DNA from: an uncultured Alphaproteobacteria bacterium
GTDB taxonomy: Bacteria; Pseudomonadota; Alphaproteobacteria; HIMB59; GCA-002718135
DNA: 50,293 nt
Reading direction: 5' to 3'
NCBI GenBank assembly: GCA_902538155.1
Contig: CACBDX010000004.1
Span: forward strand, 1 to 50,293
The notes beneath the pieces were generated by a model, which saw only the letters and a program-made list of their open reading frames with translations, was not told where the DNA came from and made no database searches. The stretch's first letter is position 1. Each line of letters starts with the position of its first letter. The translations under genes and the position numbers were made by a program. Below, piece by piece: positions 1-9,771 of the stretch.

Positions 1-393
1 AGTGCAGCCATATTGCGCGATAGAGCCTGTAATTTTATAAATTTCATCAAATATTTTTTTATTTGTGAAAATTTTTTGACTTCTTGTGTCATTCCACAGA
101 ATTGCATTTCTTACTGGTTTATTTGTATTATTAATAGACCAAAATCCAACCATATTTCCAGTTATGCCTAAACCAACAATTGAATGTGACTGAATTTTAG
201 ATTTTTTTATTAAAAGTTTAATACACCTTGCTGTAAGTAACCAAAATTTTTCCATTTCAATTTCAGATTTACCAAATTTATCAGTTACTACTGGATTTTT
301 TACACTATAAGAATTTATTTGTTTGAAATTTGTATTGAAAATTACAGTCTTTATTACTGAGGTCCCAGCATCAATTGCAATATAATATTTCAA
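1..393 (-). CDS. FGGY-family carbohydrate kinase, N-terminal part (runs off the window edge)
   Basis: Not in the ORF track. Manual translation from TTG at 393 gives MKYYIAIDAGTSVIKTVIF...GITGNMVG...PVRNAILWNDTR, with the FGGY DxGT and AIxWxDxR motifs. Confidence 0.9.
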   Translation of the reverse strand, partial: MKYYIAIDAGTSVIKTVIFNTNFKQINSYSVKNPVVTDKFGKSEIEMEKFWLLTARCIKLLIKKSKIQSHSIVGLGITGNMVGFWSINNTNKPVRNAILWNDTRSQKIFTNKKIFDEIYKITGSIAQYGCT

Positions 394-409
394 AAGTTAT
401 CTCTTAAAT

Positions 410-589
410 TTACAACCACGAGTAACCAACACAAACTAAAGCTATAATTAAAAAAAAATTCATAACTCTTTTTCTGTTTTTAATCTGTTGATCATTTAGT
501 TCTTTATTTCTAGAAAGATAATATACGTAACATCCAATTGCAAAAGCGACAAATCCTCCTAAATAAGCATACCATTGCAAGTCAGTCAT
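410..589 (-). CDS. 59-aa small membrane protein with two hydrophobic segments
   Basis: Manual translation MTDLQWYAYLGGFVAFAIGCYVYYLSRNKELNDQQIKNRKRVMNFFLIIALVCVGYSWL*. It fills the gap and ends 16 nt before the kinase start. Confidence 0.7.
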   Translation of the reverse strand: MTDLQWYAYLGGFVAFAIGCYVYYLSRNKELNDQQIKNRKRVMNFFLIIALVCVGYSWL

Positions 590-638
590 TTATTTATTTT
601 ATATATTATTATATAAAATTTTATAATTATTTTTAAGT

Positions 639-1676
639 ATGCCGTACAATGCTGATAAAAAAAGATACGATAAATTAACGTACAGAAGATGTGGTAACAG
701 TGGATTATTGCTACCGCCAATAACTTTGGGGCTTTGGCATAATTTTGGTAATGATAAGTCAAAAAAATCAATGTCTATTGAGGCAAAAAAAATGCTTTTT
801 AGAGCTTTTGATAGAGGTGTAACTCATTTTGATTTAGCAAATAATTATGGTCCACCAGCAGGATCTGCAGAAGAAAATTTTGGTAAAGTTATAAAGTCTG
901 ATTTTAAAAAATACAGAGATGAAATGATAATATCAACAAAGGCTGGATATCATATGTGGGATGGTCCATATGGTGAATGGGGCTCAAAAAAATACTTAAC
1001 TGCAAGCCTTGATCAAAGTTTAAAAAGAATGAATCTAGAATATGTAGATATTTTTTATTCTCATCGTTTTGATCCGTTAACACCATTAGAAGAGACAGCA
1101 GATGCATTGGTTCAATCAATTAAAAGTGGCAAGGCTTTATATGTGGGAATTTCATCCTACAGTTCAAAACAAACAATTAAAATGAATAAGTTATTAAAAG
1201 AAAGAGGAGTTAGTTGTTTAATTCATCAACCTTCTTACTCCATGATTAATAGATGGGTGGAAAAAGATTTATTATCTACATTAAAAAAATTAGGCATAGG
1301 ATGTATTGCATTCTCTCCTCTCGCACAAGGAATGTTATCAGGAAAATATTTAAAAAAAATACCTAAAGTATCAAGGATTTCAGATAATTCATCTCTTGAT
1401 AAAAACATGATTACAAAAAGTTATTTATTTAAAATTAAAGAGTTAACAAAAATTGCAAATAAAAGAGGACAAACTTTACCTCAAATGGCTCTTTCTTGGA
1501 TACTTCGTCACCCGACTATGACATCAGCTCTAATTGGTGCAAGAACAGTAAAGCAATTAGACGAGTGTTTAGATAGTCAAAATAACCTAACTTTTAGTAA
1601 TTCTGAATTAAAAGAAATAGATAAATACGCGAAAGAAGAAAAAATTAATCTGTGGGTTAAATCAAGTACAGATTAA
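639..1676 (+). CDS. Aldo/keto reductase (YghZ/Gpr-like L-glyceraldehyde-3-phosphate reductase family)
   Basis: Motifs LGLWHNFG, HFDLANNYGPP, STKAGY and FSPLAQG. Confidence 0.92.
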   Translation: MPYNADKKRYDKLTYRRCGNSGLLLPPITLGLWHNFGNDKSKKSMSIEAKKMLFRAFDRGVTHFDLANNYGPPAGSAEENFGKVIKSDFKKYRDEMIISTKAGYHMWDGPYGEWGSKKYLTASLDQSLKRMNLEYVDIFYSHRFDPLTPLEETADALVQSIKSGKALYVGISSYSSKQTIKMNKLLKERGVSCLIHQPSYSMINRWVEKDLLSTLKKLGIGCIAFSPLAQGMLSGKYLKKIPKVSRISDNSSLDKNMITKSYLFKIKELTKIANKRGQTLPQMALSWILRHPTMTSALIGARTVKQLDECLDSQNNLTFSNSELKEIDKYAKEEKINLWVKSSTD

Positions 1677-1682
1677 TATTTA

Positions 1683-2606
1683 ATGAAATACAATATTTTA
1701 ATCACTGACATTTTACTAAAAGCTTTTGTGCATGTTTATAAAAAAGATTTCAGTGTTGATTGTTTATGGAAATTAGAGAGTAAAATTGATTTTAATAAAT
1801 ACCAAGGAATAGTTGTCACCGGTAGTTTTAAAACTGATAAAAAATTTCTTAAAAAATTTAAAAATCTAAAAATAGTTTCAGTATTTGGTGTTGGTTATGA
1901 TGGTGTTGATCTGAATTATTGTAAAAACAATAAAATATTTATAACAAATACACCTAAAGTTCTTACTAACGATGTTGCTGATTTAGCACTGGGCCTCATG
2001 ATGTCTTTATTAAGAAGAATAAATGAAGCTCATAATTTTATTTTGAAAAAAAAATGGAATAAAAAATCATTTGATCTAACAACTAGCCTTACTAACAAAA
2101 CAGTAGGAATTGTTGGTATGGGAGAAATAGGTAAAGCATTTTCTAAACGAGTAAAATCTCTTTCCATGAAAATTGTTTATTATGGCCCAAATAAAAAAAA
2201 TTTGAAGTATAAATATTTCAAAAATTTAAAAGATATGGCTGGTTTAATTGATGTAATGGTAATTACATGTGTTGGTGGTAGTAAGACAAAACACTTAATA
2301 GATAAAAGTATATTAAATCTAATGAAACCTTCTTGTATAATAGTAAATATATCTAGAGGATCTGTAATTAATGAAATTGATTTATTAGATGTTTTGAAAA
2401 AAAAATTAATAGCTGGGGCAGCATTAGATGTTTTTAAAACAGAACCAAAAATAAATAATAAATTTTTAAAATTAAATAATGTTTTACTATCCCCTCATAA
2501 TGGAAGTGGTACTTTTGAGACAAGAGAGAAAATGGCTAAGATTAGCTCACAAAATATATCAAATTATCTTTATTCAAAAAAATTAAAAAATAGAGTTAGA
2601 TACTAA
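1683..2606 (+). CDS. D-2-hydroxyacid dehydrogenase (glyoxylate/hydroxypyruvate reductase-like)
   Basis: Motifs GVGYD, GIVGMGEIG, NISRG, LDVFxxEP and SPHxGS. Confidence 0.9.
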   Translation: MKYNILITDILLKAFVHVYKKDFSVDCLWKLESKIDFNKYQGIVVTGSFKTDKKFLKKFKNLKIVSVFGVGYDGVDLNYCKNNKIFITNTPKVLTNDVADLALGLMMSLLRRINEAHNFILKKKWNKKSFDLTTSLTNKTVGIVGMGEIGKAFSKRVKSLSMKIVYYGPNKKNLKYKYFKNLKDMAGLIDVMVITCVGGSKTKHLIDKSILNLMKPSCIIVNISRGSVINEIDLLDVLKKKLIAGAALDVFKTEPKINNKFLKLNNVLLSPHNGSGTFETREKMAKISSQNISNYLYSKKLKNRVRY

Positions 2607-2647
2607 AACATATTGTAATTAGTTTTCTTTTTTGATAATTTTTTTTA

Positions 2648-4195
2648 ATGAAAATTTTTAGAAATTTTATTGTAGTTTTGATATTTGCTTTTCTTTCATT
2701 CAATTTTTTATTTGATTTCACATATATAAATAAGAAAATTAACAATAATTTAAATGAATTTGTACATAAGTATATTTTATTTCATAAAAATACTAATAAT
2801 TTAAAAACACAAATAAAAGACCTCAAAAAAGAACGTAATCAATTTGAGGCACAAAAAGAATTATTTGAGAAAGCATATAAGGATTTATATGATGATGGTA
2901 ATGAAACTGAATATGATTCTCAAATATTAGCAAAGATACTTGAGCAATTTGATCCTTACGAATTTGATTTGGATATCAAAAAAAATAATAAAAATTTAGA
3001 ATATGCAATTAATGCTGAGCACAGTTTTTCAAATAGTAAAATCAAGACAAGAATTTATAGCCCTCAAAAAAATATATTATTATATGGTATAGCTAATCAA
3101 TTTCCAGCAAGTGGGTATTTAGAAAAATATAATAATAATTTAATTTTAATTTCAGCAAGTGGTGTATTAGCGTATTCTAATGAAATTAAAAACAATACTA
3201 ATCATTTAGATTTTAAACAAATTAAAACAAATATTAGTAAGTTCATAGGGGAAGAACAGTTTAGAAAATCAAGAATACATAATTTTGATTGGCTAGAAGG
3301 TGGTTGGTTCTCAATAAAAGATGTAAATATTTACAAAGATCAAATTTATGTATCTTATACAAGAGAAGTGGAAGATAATTGTTGGAATACAAGTTTATTA
3401 CATGGGAAAATGAATTTAAAGCTTATTATATTTGAAAATCTTTTCACGTCAGATGAATGTGTTCATTTTTATGATAACATTGACGGTGAGTTTAATGCAC
3501 ATCAATCTGGAGGACGAATAATTAACGTAGATGATCAAAATCTATTTTTTTCTACTGGTGATTTTAGAAGTAGATTTAGAGCACAAAAAGAAGATAGTAT
3601 ATTTAGTAAAATAATTGAAATTAATAAAAAAACAAAAGATTACAAAGTTGTAAGTATGGGTCATAGAAACCCTCAAGGATTATATTACAATAAAAAAAAT
3701 AATTTCCTATTAGAGGCGGAACATGGTCCTGAAGGTGGTGATGAAATTAATTTAATAGAATTGAATAATAATAAAATACCTAATTATGGATGGGCTATTT
3801 CTTCGTATGGAGAGCATTATGGTGGAAAAAATGCACCCTATAACAAAAAAAAGTATGTAAAATACCCACTACATAAATCTCACTCTGAATATAATTTTAT
3901 CGAACCTCTAATTTACTTTAATCCATCTATTGGGATCTCTCAAATAATTGGTTTAGATAAAAATAATAGTTATGTAGTAGCATCGATGAAGGATGAATCT
4001 CTCTATTTTTTTGAATATGACTTTAATGATGAAAAAATCTCAACCCCAAATAAAGTTAGCAACGGAAATAGTGATAATATTAAAATTGAAAGAGTTCATA
4101 TTGGAGAAAGAATAAGAGATATGATTTATTACAATAATAAATTATATTTATACTTGGAAGATACTGCTTCTTTAGCAGAAATCTCTTTTAATTAA
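2648..4195 (+). CDS. Membrane-anchored PQQ-dependent glucose/sorbosone dehydrogenase family protein
   Basis: N-terminal TM and coiled coil; motifs HQSGGRI, GHRNPQG, EHGPxGGDEIN, NYGW and RIRD. Confidence 0.82.
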   Translation: MKIFRNFIVVLIFAFLSFNFLFDFTYINKKINNNLNEFVHKYILFHKNTNNLKTQIKDLKKERNQFEAQKELFEKAYKDLYDDGNETEYDSQILAKILEQFDPYEFDLDIKKNNKNLEYAINAEHSFSNSKIKTRIYSPQKNILLYGIANQFPASGYLEKYNNNLILISASGVLAYSNEIKNNTNHLDFKQIKTNISKFIGEEQFRKSRIHNFDWLEGGWFSIKDVNIYKDQIYVSYTREVEDNCWNTSLLHGKMNLKLIIFENLFTSDECVHFYDNIDGEFNAHQSGGRIINVDDQNLFFSTGDFRSRFRAQKEDSIFSKIIEINKKTKDYKVVSMGHRNPQGLYYNKKNNFLLEAEHGPEGGDEINLIELNNNKIPNYGWAISSYGEHYGGKNAPYNKKKYVKYPLHKSHSEYNFIEPLIYFNPSIGISQIIGLDKNNSYVVASMKDESLYFFEYDFNDEKISTPNKVSNGNSDNIKIERVHIGERIRDMIYYNNKLYLYLEDTASLAEISFN

Positions 4196-4196
4196 A

Positions 4197-5159
4197 TTGA
4201 TAAAACTTAAAGAAAAATGGCTTTGGGATTTTTGGATAAGTAATGATAATGAGATTTGGTATTGTTATTTTCTTCAAGCTGATAAATCTTTAAAAGATCC
4301 TGATCTAAGACATAATAATGTTACTCATGGATTAGCTACCTCAAAAGATTTAATTAATTGGGAATATCATGGTACAGTTTTTACTCCTTCTAAAAATGAA
4401 AATTTTGATGATTATACAACTTGGACAGGATCAATTATTAAAAATAAAAATAAATGGCACTACTTTTATACAGGTAGAAATAAAAAGGAAAATGGCAGTA
4501 AACAAAGAATTGGTCATGCAATAGGTGACACACCCTATTCTTTTAATAGATATAGAAATGGATTAGCTCTCGATTTAGATAAAAATATTTACCAAGAATT
4601 AGAGAGTGATAATTATTGGCAAGATCGTGCTATGCGTGATCCATGGGTAATGAAACATCCTCATGAAAATAAATTTATTATGGCTTACACAGCTAGAGCA
4701 TCAATCCACAATGATCCTTATCAGTGTGGGGTAATTGGAATGGCTGAATCACATGACCTTTATGAATGGAAATCTATTCAACCTTTATTTGGAGGATTAT
4801 TTAGTCAGTTAGAAGTTCCTCAAATATTTACAGTTAAAAATAAATGGTATTGTTTATTTTGTAACCATCCTGAAGATTGGTCCAATAAATTTAGAGAAAA
4901 CTACAATGCTCCAGAAAGGAGAGGAACACATTATTTAATTGCAGATAATTTTGAAGGCCCATGGGATTTAGCACCAGGGCCCTACTTAACAACAAGTTCT
5001 GAAATAGAACTTTATGCAGGTAGAGTTATTGAAAAAGATAATAAATTTTTCTTTATGGCTTTTTTGCATGATGATCATAATGGTAATTTTATTGGAGAAA
5101 TATCAAATCCAATTCCAATTAGTTTTGATAAAAATGGTTTAATGAGTTTGGAAATTTAA
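4197..5159 (+). CDS. GH32/GH68-like five-bladed beta-propeller glycoside hydrolase (invertase/levansucrase-like)
   Basis: Clan GH-J motifs WLWDFW, WTGS, MRDP and QLEVP; no signal peptide. Confidence 0.82.
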   Translation: MIKLKEKWLWDFWISNDNEIWYCYFLQADKSLKDPDLRHNNVTHGLATSKDLINWEYHGTVFTPSKNENFDDYTTWTGSIIKNKNKWHYFYTGRNKKENGSKQRIGHAIGDTPYSFNRYRNGLALDLDKNIYQELESDNYWQDRAMRDPWVMKHPHENKFIMAYTARASIHNDPYQCGVIGMAESHDLYEWKSIQPLFGGLFSQLEVPQIFTVKNKWYCLFCNHPEDWSNKFRENYNAPERRGTHYLIADNFEGPWDLAPGPYLTTSSEIELYAGRVIEKDNKFFFMAFLHDDHNGNFIGEISNPIPISFDKNGLMSLEI

Positions 5160-6010
5160 TTAATATTTTTCCAAGAATATTCTGGTTTAAATCCTAAAAT
5201 TTTTTTTGCTTTCTCATTACTTAATAATGTTTTATTTTTTCCAATTTCACCTTTAATTTGAATATTTGGAAATACTTTATCAAGAAGAGATTTATTATCT
5301 TCTTCCATAACAGTATCATCTGCAGCTATAATAAAATTCTCAGCACCTTTTAATTTACTTTCCATTGCTAGTAGACAAGCTTGAGCTACATCTCTTGCAT
5401 CAATATATCCCCAAAAATTCCATTTTCTTAAAAATGGATCTTTTTGAAATGATTGAAATTGTTTGTAATCATGTTCTTCCATTATATTTGAGTAGCGAAG
5501 TCCAAATATTTTCATTTCAGGATTTCTCCTACAATATTGTCTAGCCATTTCTTCACCCATTACTTTTGATAAGGAATAGCTAGATTCAGGACGAGGATAA
5601 TATTCTTCATCAACTGGGACATATGGCGGATATGTGTCAAAAGGTAAACCAAGAACAGTTTCACTTGATGCCCATACAATATTATTAATTTTTAAAACTT
5701 TAGCAGCCTGGAAAATATTGTAAGTACTCAGAGTATTCATTCTAAAAGTTTTATGATTGGTTTCTAAACCTGGGGCAGGAATAGCTGCTTGATGAATAAT
5801 TGCATCAATTCCATTAATGCGGTCATCTATTTCAGATACAGACTCCATTGCATCACCAAAATTTTCTAAATTAACTTTAGAAAAAGGGACATCCAGTTCT
5901 GTATGATTAGCTAAATCTACATTAAACACATTATAGTTATTTTTTAACAGTAAATTTATTGTTGCCCTTCCCGCTTTACCCGAACCACCTGTGACTAATA
6001 TATTTTTCAT
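5156..6010 (-). CDS. NAD-dependent epimerase/dehydratase (extended SDR)
   Basis: Motifs VTGGSGKAG, ASSE and YSLSK (YxxxK). Confidence 0.9.
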   Translation of the reverse strand: MKNILVTGGSGKAGRATINLLLKNNYNVFNVDLANHTELDVPFSKVNLENFGDAMESVSEIDDRINGIDAIIHQAAIPAPGLETNHKTFRMNTLSTYNIFQAAKVLKINNIVWASSETVLGLPFDTYPPYVPVDEEYYPRPESSYSLSKVMGEEMARQYCRRNPEMKIFGLRYSNIMEEHDYKQFQSFQKDPFLRKWNFWGYIDARDVAQACLLAMESKLKGAENFIIAADDTVMEEDNKSLLDKVFPNIQIKGEIGKNKTLLSNEKAKKILGFKPEYSWKNIN

Positions 6011-6083
6011 TTTAAATTACTTTAATAATTTTTTTATAAAGAATCATTAATAATTTGATAATTATTTTTATAAAGGAGATTTT

Positions 6084-6515
6084 ATGGCTGAATATATTCT
6101 AGAAGCTGGAGGTACAATGGCGTTTACATTCCATGTTTTATTCATGCTTTTTAACTTATTTATTATTTATCAGTTTTATTTTAATGATAAATTTTTTAAT
6201 GAATTAGGCTTTTCTAATGAGGAACCAAAATTGGTATTTAGAGGTCCTTTAGGTGCAGTTTTTTTAACAATGTTATTTATGTCTATATTGTTAACATTTG
6301 ATGTTACTGGGAACACCTATGAAGAAAATGTAGTACAATATAAATTCTGGTATTCATTTCTGTTTATACTTATGGCAATAGCTTTAATTAGCTCTGTTGT
6401 TAGATATTTTAATCTTGTGAATAACTACGGCATTACTCCTAATATTAGAGGAGTTATGTTTCCATTAATTGGATTGATTTTAATTATCCTTCGAACAATG
6501 TTTGAGGCTTATTAA
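6084..6515 (+). CDS. Hypothetical 4-TM membrane protein
   Basis: AAGGAG SD before the ATG, hydrophobic segments, and a terminator directly downstream. Confidence 0.75.
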   Translation: MAEYILEAGGTMAFTFHVLFMLFNLFIIYQFYFNDKFFNELGFSNEEPKLVFRGPLGAVFLTMLFMSILLTFDVTGNTYEENVVQYKFWYSFLFILMAIALISSVVRYFNLVNNYGITPNIRGVMFPLIGLILIILRTMFEAY

Positions 6516-6525
6516 TATAGATTTG

Positions 6526-6551
6526 CAAGCGGTATAATAGCCGCTTGTTTT
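6526..6551 (+). terminator. Rho-independent terminator between convergent genes
   Basis: CAAGCGG-N8-CCGCTTG stem followed by TTTT. Confidence 0.75.
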
Positions 6552-6942
6552 AATTAAAATAACTTCTCATTTTTTTTCTTGATGCAAAATGTAAGATTAT
6601 AGAAACTATAAATAAGAAAAAAACAAAATAGTATTCTCTAAATTCGACTTGACTAGTATAAAAAACAAACAAACAACAAATTGTAAATGATTTGATATAA
6701 ATTTCTAAAAACTGAATAGGATAAAGTTTTTCTGATTGAAGGAAAAGATATCTAAACCCAAAGTAAGCAAAAGTAAGAAAAACAGCTAATCTGACTGAAG
6801 TAATTCTATGATATGGTATTTCTTGTTTTTCAACAATAGTGAAGGGAAAATAGATAGTTACACCCATAATCTCTGCAATTATAAATGCTACTGCCCATAA
6901 ACTTAATAAACCAATTATAAATTTAGCTAATGTTCTTACCAT
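6550..6942 (-). CDS. Hypothetical 4-TM membrane protein
   Basis: Track ORF 6550..6948; ATG at 6942 preferred over TTG. Four hydrophobic segments. Confidence 0.72.
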   Translation of the reverse strand: MVRTLAKFIIGLLSLWAVAFIIAEIMGVTIYFPFTIVEKQEIPYHRITSVRLAVFLTFAYFGFRYLFLQSEKLYPIQFLEIYIKSFTICCLFVFYTSQVEFREYYFVFFLFIVSIILHFASRKKMRSYFN

Positions 6943-7061
6943 AATCAAATTTATGGTCTTTTTTTTACAAGGGTTTTGACCGTACCTACTTGTATATTTT
7001 AACTAAATTTTAATAAAAAATACATAAATATTGATTTCATTGCAGAAAACTAAGTTATTTT

Positions 7062-7457
7062 TTATTTAAAATTATCTTTAATTGGGGAAAAATATAAAAG
7101 AATCAAAATTGCTCCACTAATTAATCCACCAATTTGATCAAGCATACCACTAAAGGCAGTATAAATAACAGAACCACTAAAATAATTTAGAACTATGCCA
7201 GCTACTACTAAAAATAAATACAGTGATTTTCCATAAGAGATAAATCGATAAAGTAGATTTAAAGTTAATAGGTATAAAAAAAATAAACTAATCGATACTA
7301 TTCGGGCAAAATTTTCAAAATTAGATAATAGTCCATCATTTAAATCCTCATAAAGATTGGAAATTTCTGATGGTTGATACACAGAAGATATGACCATTAA
7401 TATAATGACAATAAAGTCAGCTAAAATTAAATTTTTAAAAATTTTTTCAATTTCCAT
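7062..7457 (-). CDS. Hypothetical 4-TM membrane protein
   Basis: 131-aa ORF with hydrophobic helices. Confidence 0.72.
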   Translation of the reverse strand: MEIEKIFKNLILADFIVIILMVISSVYQPSEISNLYEDLNDGLLSNFENFARIVSISLFFLYLLTLNLLYRFISYGKSLYLFLVVAGIVLNYFSGSVIYTAFSGMLDQIGGLISGAILILLYFSPIKDNFK

Positions 7458-7567
7458 AATAGCTATAAATTAAATAAATATGGTTTTTAACTTAGATATG
7501 TAGTTTGAATATTACAATAAGATTATTAAAATCTATTTAAAAATAAATTAGATATTAAAAATTATAT

Positions 7568-7930
7568 TTACCACATTGAATGGATAATATCGGAACTGTT
7601 AATTTTTACTAAATTCTCACATTTACTTTCAAAATCACTAAAATCATCTCTAAAAGATGCGCCATTGTTTTGTGCTTGCTCAAAATGATTATCTATTCCT
7701 GCTTGACTTTCATAAAGCTCTGTTAAGATTAGAGACATATTCCCTGTTTTATTTCCATCTTTAAATTCAGGGCCTATAGACCAATTTAACATTAGGAGTG
7801 CTTTATCACCTTCCTTTGTATGTGTTTCCTTCATCCATTTTGTATGATCTTCTGCAATTCTTTTTGCAATATCATTAAGTTCAGGTTTAAAAATCCATAA
7901 ATACTGAAGTTGTTTTTTATTTTGAAACAT
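7568..7930 (-). CDS. Hypothetical soluble protein, possibly dimeric alpha/beta-barrel (ABM-like) fold
   Basis: Strong SD (AGGAGG). The LTELYESQAGIDNHF segment resembles the ABM E-x-Y...H pattern; the fold is inference. Confidence 0.65.
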   Translation of the reverse strand: MFQNKKQLQYLWIFKPELNDIAKRIAEDHTKWMKETHTKEGDKALLMLNWSIGPEFKDGNKTGNMSLILTELYESQAGIDNHFEQAQNNGASFRDDFSDFESKCENLVKINSSDIIHSMW

Positions 7931-7985
7931 ATTTCCTCCTTTTTTTAAAATAATACTAGTAAGTTAAGAAAATATTTCAAACAAA

Positions 7986-8825
7986 TTATTGTTGAGAATT
8001 ATTTTCCAATGTTTGTACATGAATATCTAGGTTTTCTATCAAAGAATCATTATTAATATTTCCATAAAAAACACCTTTAATAGGTGATGCGTAACTTGCA
8101 TCAAGTCCACAAGAAACACGTACGTATCTTTCATCTGGACTGCACTTATTTGTAGGATCAAATCCCACCCAACCTAAGTCATTTATATAAAATTCTGCCC
8201 AGGCATGTGTAGATTGAAATTCTGAAGAATGGGAATTGTTATGCATATAACCATTTACGTATCTAGCAGGTATTCCTAAAGTTTTTGCTGCAGCAATCAT
8301 AATATGTGCTTGATCCTGACAGACTCCCTTTTTCTGATTAAATGCTTCAATGGCTGTAGTTTGATTATTTGTCGTTAAAGGTTTGTATTCAATTTTATCA
8401 GCTACTAAATTCATAAGATTATGAGATGTTTCTAAATTTTCATTTTCATTAAAACCATTTTTAGCTTCAATAGCTAGATTTTTTATATCCGCATTTGCTT
8501 TTGTTAAATTTGATTCTCTTAAGTAAACTAATGGATCTATTTTATCAGAAGCACTCTGGTAAATTCCTTTTGTATCAAATGTTTCAACTTTTCCAAGAAC
8601 TGTAAATTGAATTTTTTTCACCTTGTTTGTATTTGTAAAACTTTGAATATTATTAGCCTCACCATCCTTATAAATTTTTGATTTTTTGGCTGAGTCGTTA
8701 TGGACATTCCACTCTAAAATTTTAAGACCATTATATTCTGAAGGATGCAGTTTAGTAGTTTGTATCAATCCAGCAACTGGATTTTTATACTCATACTTAG
8801 TTGTGTGTTCGATGATTAGTTCCAT
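7986..8825 (-). CDS. Transglutaminase-like cysteine protease/transamidase (bacterial transglutaminase N-domain plus core)
   Basis: Triad motifs GVCQD, HAW and FDPTN; N-terminal IEHTTxYxY. ATG at 8825 has an AAGGAG SD and is preferred over the track start at 8864. Confidence 0.92.
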   Translation of the reverse strand: MELIIEHTTKYEYKNPVAGLIQTTKLHPSEYNGLKILEWNVHNDSAKKSKIYKDGEANNIQSFTNTNKVKKIQFTVLGKVETFDTKGIYQSASDKIDPLVYLRESNLTKANADIKNLAIEAKNGFNENENLETSHNLMNLVADKIEYKPLTTNNQTTAIEAFNQKKGVCQDQAHIMIAAAKTLGIPARYVNGYMHNNSHSSEFQSTHAWAEFYINDLGWVGFDPTNKCSPDERYVRVSCGLDASYASPIKGVFYGNINNDSLIENLDIHVQTLENNSQQ

Positions 8826-8826
8826 A

Positions 8827-9762
8827 TTAATTAAAAAACTCCTTATGTATTTCGTTATCAACACTAGATATTTTTCTAATAAATTGTGTTACAAATTGAT
8901 GAAGTCCATATTCAACAATAGTTTCTATTTTTTCTTCCTGAATTTTAGTATTTAGATCTTTTAAATTATCATAAATTCTTCCAACCTTTAATGGACTACA
9001 TGTTAGGTTAGTTAAATGTTTAACAATATTCTGAATACAAAAACTTAAAGATCTAGGGCAATTATTATTTAAAACTAAAAAGTCAGCGATTTTAGTTGCG
9101 GTAATATTACCATCGTATGCCCATCTAAAAGCTCTAAAGGAAGATAAAGAGCGAAGCAATATACTCCATTGCATATTATCGATATTACCACCTACATATT
9201 GAGGCTTAGGTAATAAAACAAAATACTTTACATCTAACAATCTGGCAGAATTATCAGCCCTCTCAATAAATAAACCAAGAAAAATAAAATTATAACCATC
9301 ATTTCTAAGCAAAGAACTTAATGATCCTCTAAATAAGTTTACTTGTTCTATTGTCCACTCAGTCAGATCAGGTAAATCAGATTTTGTAAATTTTTTTTCT
9401 TTTAAGTTTAGTATCTCTTGATAAGTTTTATTAATTGCTAACCAAGACTCAGGGGTAAAGGAAGTTCTAACTACTAATGCGTTATTTCGTGCATTAAGAA
9501 TACAATTATAAACAGATGAAGGATTACTTTCATCAAAAAATAAATAATCTTCCACATTTTTCTGTTCAATTGTATCATATTTATTTTTATATCCCTCAAT
9601 TGCTCCAGCAGCAGATAAAACTGATTCCCATTCATTATTATAACCACTTGGATTTGGAAAAAGAGACATTCTATAACCAACATCCAAAAGCCTGGCTGTA
9701 GTTTCAGCTCTTTCCATATAGCGACTGATCCAATATAGATATTCAGCAGTTCTACTTAACAT
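8827..9762 (-). CDS. Alpha-E domain protein (DUF403/COG2307)
   Basis: MLSRTAExLYWxxRYxERAE and a second ERAD..ARLLD motif, plus PRSL. Confidence 0.93.
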   Translation of the reverse strand: MLSRTAEYLYWISRYMERAETTARLLDVGYRMSLFPNPSGYNNEWESVLSAAGAIEGYKNKYDTIEQKNVEDYLFFDESNPSSVYNCILNARNNALVVRTSFTPESWLAINKTYQEILNLKEKKFTKSDLPDLTEWTIEQVNLFRGSLSSLLRNDGYNFIFLGLFIERADNSARLLDVKYFVLLPKPQYVGGNIDNMQWSILLRSLSSFRAFRWAYDGNITATKIADFLVLNNNCPRSLSFCIQNIVKHLTNLTCSPLKVGRIYDNLKDLNTKIQEEKIETIVEYGLHQFVTQFIRKISSVDNEIHKEFFN

Positions 9763-9771
9763 TTTTATTCC

